A stretch of DNA of 64,000 nucleotides, from assembly GCA_029953675.1 (NCBI GenBank), contig JAMWBK010000009.1, positions 806,001 to 870,000 on the forward strand. Direction: 5' to 3'. Positions 50,588 through 62,233 of this stretch are shown here, piece by piece (the first letter of the stretch is position 1; every line of letters starts with the position of its first letter). The position numbers were made by a program, and so were the translations under genes. The DNA comes from Rhodosorus marinus CCMP1338. Lineage: Eukaryota; Plantae; Rhodophyta. A model generated the notes under the pieces. The model was not told the DNA's origin and made no database searches. It was given only the letters and a program-made list of their open reading frames with translations.

Positions 50588-52636
50588 TCAGAAGACTATT
50601 GACTCCACAGTCTCTGTTTCTTCCTCCTCCGCGCTTAGACGATGATATTCGAAGAGTGCGAACCGATCCCAGTCTGTCAAATCTGGTGTTTCTCGAACTG
50701 GTAAAAGTAAAAAGGACAGAGCACAGCATGAGCACAAGTAGGAAACACATCGTCCCCGGATCCAAGTGGGGTTCACGGTTACTTGGAGGAGGTGCTTACC
50801 CTGCCGAATCGTGCGAAGGTCCTTCCCCTCAAGAGCGAAAAGCTTATTAATATTGAATAGTACATTAAAGAATGCCGACTGTTGCTTGCTACGTCTCAGA
50901 ACATCTTTTGTAATGATGACAGTACTGCTCCATGGCTCAAGCATATCCAAGAGCTGGTTCACAACGTTGACAAAAGTGATGGGCTCATGCCCAAGGCATT
51001 CCATTCGGTGAATTTGCTCCTCGTAAAAGTACTCCATGTCGAAAAGTGTTATGATTCCATCCCCATCCAAATCTATACATTGAAACCAATACTCCAAGGC
51101 TCTCTCACTTGTCTTGTCTTCCTCACTCAAACAAAACCACACAAAGTCAGTATAACTCATAACTGAGTTTGACGGATCGGCAACCGGCCTCGCGACTCCA
51201 GCAAAGATCCTCTCCACAATTCTGCAACTCAAAGCATGACCGCCGTAAGAAAGCAAGTCTTCAGAATCGATATGCATATCGTGGTCCGTGTCGATCTCCC
51301 AAAATCGGCAGAACAGCACGTAAAAGTGCTCGTACGAAAAGAAATCTCGTTCGCTATTGATATCTTCGTCCGTATCGATTTTCCTCATGGCCGCCAAAAG
51401 CCCGCCTTGCTCGAGTTCTTTAGGATACAAACGGTTCGGATTCCTCTTCGCACACTTGTAAAATATTCTCTCCAGAACTGTCTCCAGGTACCTCACCTGA
51501 AACTGAGGTGTCGACTCTAAAAAGTTAAGCCCCGTATGCTGCACTAGTACGAGATCAACCACGCGCTGCAGGTGCTCTCTTCTGAGAAACCTAAACGAAC
51601 GCAACGAGGTCACAGATCGATCGTACAAAGGGTTTGAGTGATACGTTTAGGAATGGGAAAGTTGAAGGCATTTCATCAAGATTCAAACTTACGTTTCATA
51701 CTTGTTAAACCGAAGCAAGTGAAACAGTCGTCTGTGCGTAGGAAACCCAGCAAGGCTGTCGTCGTACAGCTTTCTGAAAGCCTTAGTGTCTATCACCAAG
51801 CTTTCCCTCGGGGAGTCGGTGGGTCGCCAAGCGTGGCAACCCTCGAAAACCACCTCAGCCAGAAAGGAAGGCAGTCCGACGACCTCGTTCATCAGTGTCC
51901 TCACCTCGTCCTCACCAATAAGCGCTTCCGACTCTGATCTGTACTCGCATCCATCGAAGGCGGCCTTCATTGCTCTCCTCTCGGCGGCCTCGGAGTCCCC
52001 AGCTACCTTGCCGTTTGCAAAATAAAACTGCGGAAGCTGAGTTTTCCGCCTGAACGGAGAGGGGGAGCGCTCAGCCAGGGTTTGCTCGAGATCCGAGTCA
52101 AGAAGAATAAATGGTGGTGGTGAATCCGAGAGCGTCTTCAGAACTAACGGCTCCGCAACCAACGGAGACACCTTTTTGCCTCTATTTGGCGCCGTTTGTG
52201 CAACCCCTATCGTTGGGGAACTCGGAAAAACAACTGTTGAGCGAATGAGCTTCGCCACGGGTGATTTTGGTATTGGCCGTGATGTACTCGACACGGTTGC
52301 CTCAATAGTCGGGGATCGTATTTGACCTCGAGGCACGGGATGAAACCCCGGCGAGCTCGAGGGTTCCTTCTTAATGTCATCGTTCTCAACCACGACTTCG
52401 ACAAGTTTTCTAGTGTCCTCCGCCGATGCCCACGTACAGTACAGTTCTGAAAGTTTCATCTTCGCCTTCGGCAGCACATCACACAGCTGTAGATCACCCA
52501 CTACCTTCTCAAACGATTGCAGACCACTCTCCTCCTCAGACCCTGAGCTGCAATCCTCAGCCGACCCAGAGTCCCGTAAATCAAGGTCTAGCCTCCCGAT
52601 CATAGACGAGACCCCATTCACCGACGAAGAAGACAT
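50588..52636 (-). CDS. PP2A regulatory subunit B'' (PR72/PR130 family), multi-exon
   Basis: LPQFYF, HTGLNFLESTPQFQVRYLETV, FFSYEHFYVLFCRFWEIDTDHD, EEDKTS..LEYWFQCIDLDGDG EF-hand, TDWDRFA..EY. Confidence 0.96.
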
Positions 52637-53784
52637 GGCTTCCTCCACGTCAGTTAACCTTATCTACCAAATCTCAGCTTTTCCAAAACCACAAGTAACA
52701 AACCCAAACCCGCGTTCCCCGCTCTTACATCCAAAACCATCCCTCTTCCAAAACCCCCACCAGACGACCCGAAAACTCTCAGGCACCACAAACGAAAAAA
52801 GGAACGAAAGCGTTAGATTACTAGCTTTGGAACGCTTAACAATCTTTCCTCCTCCTCTCGCACCAGTAAATTCCGGATGTAGACCCACCCGGAGGAAAAC
52901 GGAACACCGCAAAACTCATTTCTGACTGCGCTTTGTTAGTGTCACGTGTTCTTCCCAAACCTCATCGGACGTTTTAAGATATGGCGAAAAAAAAAAGTCC
53001 GATCTATGGAGGTGACGCTTAAATTCATGGTCTACTTCTCCTCGAATAATCAATAGAAAAACATCCGGCAACCATATCGCCGGAAATATTGAAATAATTC
53101 TGGCGGTCGCCCTGAAAATTCCCGGACAAAGGGGCGTTTCACTTCTGATTTTAGTGAAAACGCTGAAGGAATTGGAGTGGCGGAAAACGGCTGTCTTGGT
53201 CCTTTTCCGAGGCTGCTTTTTTTATCCTCAGAGCCCCCCCGGAGTTCGAATGACGTTTTGCGTGTTTGGAGTTACTTAAGTTCAAGTTTGGTTGTTTTTG
53301 GAGGTGTTTTCCGAATATTGGTTGTGCCTAAATGGATTGATAGATAGTCAGTATCTGCTTTATAACGAATTTTAGATATATGGTTGAAGGACGATTTTCT
53401 ACTAAAGTATTGCCGTCAAAATAAGGTAATAAATTTAAGTGTCACAGGAGGAAATCGACCTTTTTTTGCATTGGTTTGGTAGGTTAAAACGTGGATTCTA
53501 TCTGTCAAACGCATATGACACTTACACAATCGCTTTGGGCTTCTTCCGCAGTTGGGGATCGATAGCTCTTCCATATCTTGGAGCTGGATAATCGGATTCG
53601 CTTGCTGCGTCGGAGGGGTGCCAGGGTTGAGCTGCAACTTGAAGCACGTAGACCGGCGTGCAGCTTTGTCTCGTACTTTCTTTTTCGAATCTCCAGCAGG
53701 GTTGGGTTGCTGGTGCGGTCCTCAACCTTGTGTGCTACACGCTTGAAGCGTCGCGAAAAAGGGTTTTTGGGTTTGCTGGGAGAA

Positions 53785-54838
53785 ATGGATATGTGTTCTA
53801 CCCCTGATGCTCTGTCTGGATCGGCTGCGTTGGTCTCGGGGATGATCGTTCTCTTGTTGGTGGTGCCGGCGATTGGATTCTTCGGGTGGTTGTTCTACCC
53901 GGATCCTCAGAAGCCTAAATCGAAGCCCAAAAATCTCCCGAGGCCTGACTCTGAGGAGAAGTTTGAGAACGCATCGAGAAAGTTGGTGCCGTTTCCAAGC
54001 CTCTCCGATCCTGCGAGTTTGAAACTTTCTGTTATCGTCCCCGCCTACAATGAGGAGGACAGAATCTCAGTAATGCTGGACGAGGCCATAGAGAATCTGC
54101 AGGGGATGAAGAAAAGCAGGGATCTCTCCTCCGAAATCGTAGTGGTCGACGACGGATCGGCCGACACCACAGCTGATGTGGTGATGTCTTATGTCAACAA
54201 GTATCCAAAATCCGATATCAGATTGCTTCGCCTGCAGCAAAACCAGGGCAAAGGTGGCGCGGTAAGGATGGGCATGCTTCGTGCACGAGGTAAGCTGAAT
54301 CCGACCTGCTTGTTCACGTGGTCGTCGCTGCTAAGAACTCCGTTCTGCTGGGTCAGGTGAGCTGCTGCTTATGGTTGATGCGGACGCTGCTACAAGATTC
54401 AGCGATGTTGAGCTGTTGATGAGGGATCTGAGAAAGAAGGAAACGCTTGCAGTGGTGGTCGGCTCACGACGGAAATCGGAAATTGAGACTGGTAGGTCCT
54501 TTGCGCGGAGATTCTTCTCATATGGTTTTAACTTCTATACGAAGATCATTGGTGGGGTCTATGGCCTGGAAGACACCCAGTGTGGCTTTAAACTTTACAC
54601 GAGAGAAGCTGCCCGCGCAGCCTTTCCCATATTAAGACTTCGACGGTGGGCATTCGACGTTGAGTCTCTATACCTTGCACAATCGGCCGGTGCCAGGCTC
54701 TCCTCTGTGAATGTCCAATGGCAGGAGGTACCAGGCTCGAAGTTGGACGTTCTCAAAGCGACTAAGAACATGGCTCGGGACATCATCGTGATGAGGTTCA
54801 GCTACATGACGGGCAGATGGAAGACCACTGATACGTGA
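53785..54838 (+). CDS. ALG5: Dolichyl-phosphate beta-glucosyltransferase; intron ~54292-54356
   Basis: N-terminal TM, LSVIVPAYNEEDR, VVDDGSAD, NQGKGGAVRMG, MVDADAAT, DTQCGFKL, RWAFDVE, WQEVPGSKL. Confidence 0.96.
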
Positions 54839-55019
54839 AATCGTGCTTTCCGGACCGCGGCATTTTCAAATTTCTTGGGTCGTTCACAGAGACGAAGAAC
54901 ATGGCTCGGGACATCATCGAGGTTCAGCTACATGACTGGCAGATGGAAGACCACTGATACGTCAAGTCGTGCATTCCGGACTGCAGCATTTTCAGATTTC
55001 TTGGGTCGTTCACAGAGAC
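54764..55019 (+). repeat. 131-bp tandem duplication of the ALG5 3' end
   Basis: Copy 1 at 54764-54894, copy 2 at 54895-55019 with a 5-nt deletion and TGA>TCA. Confidence 0.95.
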
Positions 55020-55379
55020 ATTTGAAGGTGGACTGTTCGTTCGGTCCGGCGACCATGCTTCTCTTTATCGTTGCTTGCTCCGTAACCTGCGTTTACGACT
55101 TAGCACGGAACATTCGCTGTCAGATATCGGGTGGTTTCTGTATGCCATGCAACCTAGGCAAGAGAAGTTTCGAAGCTGCCTGGATCAAGAATTTTTCGTC
55201 CAGGTTTTTTGCCTGAAGTCGGTTATCCGGTGCTTCTAATTTAACGCGGTATATTGATCATGGCTTGGCCCCCTTGATTGACCCAACGTAAATCTCAATA
55301 GGATCGATTCACCATCTCACCTTCATTTTGCAAACGGCACTGAACTCAAGCGGACAACCTTCTGCTTCCATCTTAGGAC

Positions 55380-55680
55380 GCTGGGTCCTACTCGCCTCTA
55401 AGAACCAGGGGATGTTCGGTGCTGCTCAAGCAGTTTTTAGACCAGAGGAAACAAACCTACTCACGAGCCATCTCGCGAGCCATCTAATGCGGCGAGGAAA
55501 GGAACAAAGAAATATGTGCAGGCTCCTCATCTTCGGAAGCCGGGAAATTAGATACAAATTTTCCATTACCACGTGTGAGAATAGCTTCCATTTCTATTAC
55601 CGACACAAGAGGGACCTCAACCGAGGCAGTCCAAGAGGTTCACTCGGACAGCTGTCGACAGTAATCCATGGGCGTATGGC
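55380..55680 (+). mobile_element. Possible LINE RT relic
   Basis: AQAVFRPEET (QxGFRP-like) followed by RGSPRGSLG (GVPQGS-like), spacing shorter than expected. Confidence 0.2.
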
Positions 55681-56405
55681 GAATTTTCATTGGCCCAAAC
55701 ATTTTCAGGCGAATTCGAAGGATTTTTGTGCACTCACAGAACGAGCTGCTTAAGAGGAAAAGTTGACCAAGTCAATTGAGAAGACGTCTAGCTGATGTCA
55801 GACTTTGTGCTTCTTTTCAAATGCTTGTCCCTAACTGTGTGAAAAGGCTTCCCCCCCCTACCCCACGCCCCCCGCCCACCCTCAGACAAAGGCGAAGATT
55901 TTGGGAGTAGTTGCTTGAAGGAGGTTGTCTATTGTGGTCTGGAAGCCATGCTCAACTAGATGTCCAGTTGCTTTTTCAGAGTTTCTGCTTCTCTACAACT
56001 AGTTGTTCTCAGATATTTAAAGAGGTGCCCTCCCCTTTCTCCCCTGTCACTCTGTGCCATAGACGAAATTTTCTTGAACGGGAACTGTTTGTCTGGAAAG
56101 GGGTTTCCCATTCTCCTAATCTTATCAGCAAAAAAGCTGACAGGCGCTTGGGAGTGGTTTGGGTGTTTTGGTTTCTATGGTCTGCTTGTTTGGGAGGGGC
56201 AAAGAGATCGTAGGGAGCTGCACAGGGCACAGTTCGGTGTTTTCTCTGTGCTTTGTTTGTGGAGGTAGGTTTGATCGTTCATTTTGAAGAACTAGCGGGG
56301 CGCATTGTTTTTTTTTTCAGGTTGATTTCATTTGTGTTTGCGGGTGTTCGGCGCAACTTGAGAAAAAGTTTGGCCTGGTTGAGCTGGGGTTTTGGGTTCG
56401 AAAAG

Positions 56406-57543
56406 ATGGGGAAAGCTGGAAGTAAGGAGGCAGTGGAAGAGGAGCCTGGAATTTTGGATTCTTCTGGAGAGGGTGACTCCGATTTGGACGACTTGGACAG
56501 TGTTGAAGTTTCCCAGGAAGCTCGGTATGAACCTCCGATAGACAAGATGCTTGGTGAAGATCTCATAACCTCCAAGGAAATGGGGAAAATTTTCCAGCTT
56601 CCTGGGAGCGCTTTGAGAGTGAAAGCATTGGAGCACATAAACCTCAACCACGCAAATTCTACCTATCCAGTGCGAGCTGGTGAGTTCGTGATAGTACGTG
56701 GACCCTCTGGAGGAGGGAAGACAACCCTTCTGAATCTCCTAGGTAATGCACGACAAAGACTCTCATGAATGCGAGACTTCGTTCACTGGCCGGCGTAAGT
56801 GACCTTTATTGTCGTTGGTTTTGTGATGGAATAGGATTGCTGGACAGGCCGAACGGGGGAGAACTCCGCGTGCTTGGATTGGACGTGCACAGTGAAACAA
56901 ATGACAGGACTCTCGCAAGCTTCAGACTTGAGAAAATTGGTTACGTGTTCCAAACTTTTAACTTAATGTCAGCAATGTCCGCGGTGGAAAACGTTGAGCT
57001 GCCCATGATGATGCTTAACAAAATTAAGCGGAAAGAAAGAAGAAGACGAGCCGTTGAACTCCTCAGGAGAGTTGGCCTGGAGGACAGACTTGAACACCTT
57101 CCGAGTGAGGTGCGTGCATGCTGCACGAACTGTGTTAAATTCAGCCATCTAAGTCATCTTACTTTCGGGTTTTTGGGTAAACGTAGCTTTCCGGAGGAGA
57201 GCAGCAAAGGGTAGCCATTGCGAGGGCTCTGTCGAACAAGCCTCAAATCTTGCTACTAGACGAGCCAACTGGCGACCTGGATGTTGCAGCAACAGTTGAG
57301 ATAATGAACCTCCTCCTCGAAATAAACCTGGAGCAACAGACGGCCCTCGTTATGGTGACGCACAATCCAGATCTCGAAGCGTACGCAGATCGCATTCTTT
57401 ACGTGGAAGACGGAACATTCACGAGGCAAGTTCTAAACAAGACCCAATCTCGACTGAGTGTTGCTGAATACTCTTCATTCCTGGAGCATGCGGAACGAAC
57501 TGCCGTTGAGCGTGAACTTCCTTCTGCGGTCACCGTCACCTGA
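56406..57543 (+). CDS. Stand-alone ABC ATP-binding protein, LolD/MacB/FtsE-like; 2 introns
   Basis: [30 protein letters not shown], signature [15 protein letters not shown] after splicing, [15 protein letters not shown]. Confidence 0.93.
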
Positions 57544-57822
57544 GTCTGATCATGCTGCACAACAACATCACCCCTAGTCACACTTCTAAATAAAACTCTA
57601 CACCGATGTCATTTATAGCTCCCTGCTTAAGCTAGCTGTCTTCCGACGGTGATCCAGCAAACCCATCCTCGAAGGCGCCATGAGGGGAAGGGATAACTCA
57701 CCCTCGAGGCCACCGAGGGAACTAGCTCCGACTGAGCCTGACCGCGTACATGCACAAGCACCACCATGCCCATGGAAACTGTTTACAATCTACCAGAACA
57801 AAGAAAGTGAGTCAGCCGACAG

Positions 57823-58060
57823 GTGGGCAATGGGAAGAGTGCTGAAAACGTCCAGTCCTTCAACACACCTCATTCAGCCCGGCGGGTGGGGGGTGGGGGG
57901 GAGGCTATTCAGAAAAATGTGCTCCTGCTGAACTCACAGAAAATATGCACCTTCCTTCTATCCCAATCGATTGGAAATCTGGAAGTATGGAGAGCGAATG
58001 TCATCGCGATTGCCAAAAAACAACTTCGAAGCTAAGCCGCACCAGAACTTTCTACAATTC
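57823..58060 (+). mobile_element. Degenerate LINE-type RT N-terminal fragment
   Basis: GGGEAIQKNVLL..SQKICTFLLSQSIGNLEVWRANVIAIAKK resembles GPDGI...VLK......L..LFN.S...G.VP..WK.A.V.PI.KK. Confidence 0.35.
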
Positions 58061-59180
58061 TGGAGAGCTCAAGCGACCCAAGTGCCAGTCAATCATTGCA
58101 CCGTCCCAAACCCAAAACAAGTCGACCTGAAAAACCTCTACCTCCAAGGTATTAAATAAACAATAAAACTTATTCTTAAATTTGGCATGAATATAGTATC
58201 TACGATCAGCCGAAATGTATGTCCATGTTTAACAATAGCATCATCAGTTCACCTTCGTTCGTACGTCATATGTGCGACTAAATAATATTTTATACAATAA
58301 GTACAGACAATAAATAAGTAAAAAAGGCATAAGAAGAGGGATACCAATATACAATAGAATATTAATTTCGTGACACAACTACATACCCACATCATGTCAA
58401 AGTCAATATTAAATTGGGACGATGTCTACAAGAAAAACCATAAGAAGACGTCCCAGAGACGCTGGAGATCACGCCTATTTAAGTGTCATCATCGATGTGA
58501 TGTATTGACTGTTCAAAACTGTAAAAAAGGCGTTTATCGTATACAATCAGTTTAAATAGATTGAATTGTTTTGACACTAAACTGAATATATAAATCAACT
58601 GCGCACATTGCGGTATCACTCAATCCTGGATTGTAGAAGGGATGCGGCGATGGGACCCTCTTCAGGAGATCATCTTTGGCATCGAGTAGATGATCTTCCT
58701 TGTTCTCGAGTAGCTTTTAAACTGGCCACTGGCCCTGTCTGTACGGCTCTCTTCAAAAAGAAAGTACAGGCGTAAAAACAGAAAAAAAGGGGAAGCCCTC
58801 GTTCTGAATCCGAGTAAAGACCAGGTTTTCCTCGGAATCTTCGAAACGGCAGCTTTTCGGAGTGAATGGCCACAGTTATTGCCTGCGCCGTCTTCCTCAG
58901 AGTAGAACAAATGCACACGAAAAAGTTAACGACCATGGAAACGACGTTCTCGGATCAGCAAAGCTTCCCTGGCTAGGGGAAGAAACCGATCGTCGGCGAT
59001 TTCGCAGTCCTGGGAGATATTTAGGGTTTTTTCTGTCGTTGTGCTGGTGGCGAGCACGTGGAGGAGCACGTGGAGATATTCTGATGATGCGGTCGGGCAC
59101 ACTGGTTATCGGTTTTTCTCTTGACGTGGATCTTGTAGTTCATGAGAAGCCTGTATTTTGCAGTGTGAAGTAGGAGAAAA

Positions 59181-60630
59181 ATGGGATTCAGTGGAGTTGC
59201 ATTTGTCGGGTGTTTGTGCCGTGGAACTGCTTTGGATCGAAAGGCGCTGGTGACTGGACAGAAAGGTTTTGGAGCTGGTGAATATGTGGTGGCATGTCGA
59301 AGGAGGACCGCGAGAGTGCTTGATATGGCTGAAGGGATCGGGGAGCTCGTTGACGATGACAGCTTGAACGAGCCGGCCGTGAAGTTTTTTTCGGAGCTGC
59401 CGGTAAAGAAGGTCTTTTCCTGGTTGGTATTTCTGTTTGGAGTATATTCGATGCGATCGTTCTTCCCCGTTGCTTTGGGGACGTTCATTGTGGGATATAT
59501 AGGCAACTCTTTCGTCCAGTACTTTTCTGAGAGGACGAAAGGGAAAATACCCAGGAAAGCCATTGTCTTGGCGTATTACTCGCTAATCATTTCGATAGTA
59601 GCATTGCTGGGTATTACCACGATTCCGAAGGTACGACCACCCGTTATCGCAGGAGCTAATCTCACAACCGTTCACTGCCTCTGACAATCAAAACCTGCGC
59701 ATCCAGGTGATAAGCGAGGGTCAATATTTCGTTCAGTCGCTTCAGAGCTCGAATCCATACGTGTTCTTTGCAGATGGAATTCGCTCAACTCTTGGGGATG
59801 ACCTCTCTACTCGAATGGAAACTTTTCTGATGTCCAGGGCTGCTGAAGGCAGCGCAATGATTGCACCCACACTAGGCGGCAGCGATTTGGTATGGACGAG
59901 AGAGAGATCGATACGATTTGGAGGGCTGTTACAGAGCGTCTTGAAACCTTATGCGGTGTCCACTGCCACGGTAGTCTCTCGGCTACTTGCTCAGACGACG
60001 AGAGCGCTATTCACTGCTATTCTGTCCCTCATTTTCTCAGCGATGATCGTCTGGGACCTGAAGAACATTGCGGAGGCTGCGAGAGGCCTTGCCAAGTCTA
60101 GATTCAGGGCTGCGTACAAGGAAATTGCCCCCTACGTCCTCGACTTTTTCACTGTTCTGGGCAAGTCGTTTGAAGCCCAGACAATGATTGCCCTTGTTAA
60201 CACGAGCCTTTCCACGATGGGAATACTCTTCTTAGGCCTGAAGGGCGTGTGGTTCCTGTCTGTTGTTGTGCTTGTCTGCTCATTTATTCCTGTTGCTGGC
60301 GTTTTCGTGTCCACTCTCCCCATGGTTGTAGTGGCCCTGAGCGAGTACGGTGCAAGCAAAGCACTCTGGGTGGTTCTGATGGTGATTGGTGTACATGCCA
60401 TAGAAGCCTACTTCCTAAACCCGCAGATATACTCCGCGCACTTGAAACTGCATCCTCTGTTCGTGATCACCGTCCTCTACATGTGGGAGCACCTGTACGG
60501 ACCTCCAGGGCTTATCCTCGGAGTCCCTGTTACCGTGTACCTGCTGCGCAACGTCATCATGGGGTCAACTTCCATCAAGAAAAGGGAATCTCGTGTTGAA
60601 GCAGAGCTGGAGATGAACAAGATTGAATAG
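59181..60630 (+). CDS. AI-2E family (UPF0118/PerM/TqsA) membrane transporter, probably plastid-targeted; intron ~59630-59706
   Basis: MGF..VAFV transit-like start; multiple TM helices; AQTMIALVN, SFIPVAGVFVS..P, HAIEAYFLNPQIYS..LKLHPL..I..L, LILGVP. Confidence 0.9.
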
Positions 60631-61219
60631 GACAAGTCTCCATCAATCGCTTAGCTAGAAAACGTATCAGACCTAGACGGAACTGCTAGTAGCTTTATGT
60701 ACATAGGCTGTTGTGGAATTGAGTTCTCAGAAGATTTGCTAAATAAGACAGGGAGCCATCGGCGACCAGCATGGCTAGGAAGCTTCGTCGTCAGCTACAA
60801 AAATTATGTTGATACTTATTGGACAGAAACCGAACTAGACGGACCGCGCTCTTCTCACATTTCGTTTCTTTATCTCTATTCAAATCCTTAAAAGTACAGC
60901 TAAATAAGATCACGTTCATCAAGCTGCAAGCGGTGGGGATTTTTGTTAATGCACGCGCCAGATTAGTTCTGCAACAGAACCGTTGACAGTCGCAGGACAA
61001 AAGTACACACGACTAGAAGATGCTTCGAAACGGGAATAGCCAACGCCTGTCAACAGCATTTTCCCACAAGCATTGCAATTCCCAACACCACCACTACTCT
61101 CAGCTTCACCTCTCACGACACAACCAACCTATAAACAACGTCCACTTAAGCAAGCAATTGCCTTTCGTTCGCCAATTGTTCCAATATCCACTCTACGCGC
61201 GATGGTGGGCCGAACCCTA

Positions 61220-62233
61220 TCATCGCGAGCCCTCCAGCCGATAGTTATCAGGCAAAAGCTTACTGCTTCCATTTTGCAGTGAATCCTTGGTTTTTCCATT
61301 CTTGGGTGCCTTCCCTTTCCCCATCTTCTGAACCTTTTTGTTTTCACGTTTCAATCCGTCACTCTTTTCTCGAAGCAACAGCTGCAAGCTCGCTACAGTG
61401 TCGTAAGAATATTTTACGTTCCTCATCAACTGGTCAAAATCCTTTTCGACGAAAACCAGTTTCCGCTCGGCATCAGTGTGTATTGCTATCGAGGGTTCGT
61501 TCTCCCCCATGCATTTCTCCAGACCATTAATAACTCGGTTAAAGTAGTCCTTCTCCCTGCTCAAAACCTCGGAGAGACGTTTAAATGATTCGGTCGAAAT
61601 CAACATTCTTTCGTCCTTGTGCTTGCCATTTTTTGGGTGAGCACCACCATTCGCGCTTTGCGTGCTCCACTGCTTCCTCAGTTGGCTGCTGTCAGCGCTT
61701 CTCGTGCCATACCCATTGCGACAGCCTGTATTGAACTTGCTCGGCATTCGTTCCTCCAACAAGCCATCCTTTTCCAGTGCCCGAACGACCATTCTGTGAC
61801 ATTCAAAGGCGGTTGGAAAAATGGGAAGACGAAGACTCAATTTCTGTCTCTTCTTCGGTGACGGGCTCTTCATCTTTTTGTCCTTGTCCAAAGGCAGCCA
61901 CCTCTTCCTTTCCTCGGATGCGAACTCCTCGTGTCGCTGTAGAAAAGTTTCATCGGAAGTATTTTCTTCTTCTTCTTCTTCTTCAATACCAGGGGATTCC
62001 TTGACGTCTTTAGCATTTCCCACATCCAACCTAAACGCGTCTGAGCCGTTCGCAGACTCGATCGTGTTCTCTCGTCCCCTCCTTCGCCATTTTGGTGTAG
62101 CAATTGTAGCCCTCGCCGGCGATAGGAGCGGGTTGGAACCACCCACATCGACTGAAGCATCCTCCCGACTCATCCCGAGCGGAGATGTGGTACAGGAACC
62201 GCCAAATCCGGAAGCTCTCCTTGCAGTTCTCAT
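61220..62233 (-). CDS. PEHE-domain protein (MSL1/KANSL1-like motif) with coiled coil and basic C-terminus
   Basis: Intronless 337-aa ORF; EEEENTSDETFLQRHEEFASEERKRW matches the PEHE core. Confidence 0.6.
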   Translation of the reverse strand: MRTARRASGFGGSCTTSPLGMSREDASVDVGGSNPLLSPARATIATPKWRRRGRENTIESANGSDAFRLDVGNAKDVKESPGIEEEEEEENTSDETFLQRHEEFASEERKRWLPLDKDKKMKSPSPKKRQKLSLRLPIFPTAFECHRMVVRALEKDGLLEERMPSKFNTGCRNGYGTRSADSSQLRKQWSTQSANGGAHPKNGKHKDERMLISTESFKRLSEVLSREKDYFNRVINGLEKCMGENEPSIAIHTDAERKLVFVEKDFDQLMRNVKYSYDTVASLQLLLREKSDGLKRENKKVQKMGKGKAPKNGKTKDSLQNGSSKLLPDNYRLEGSR

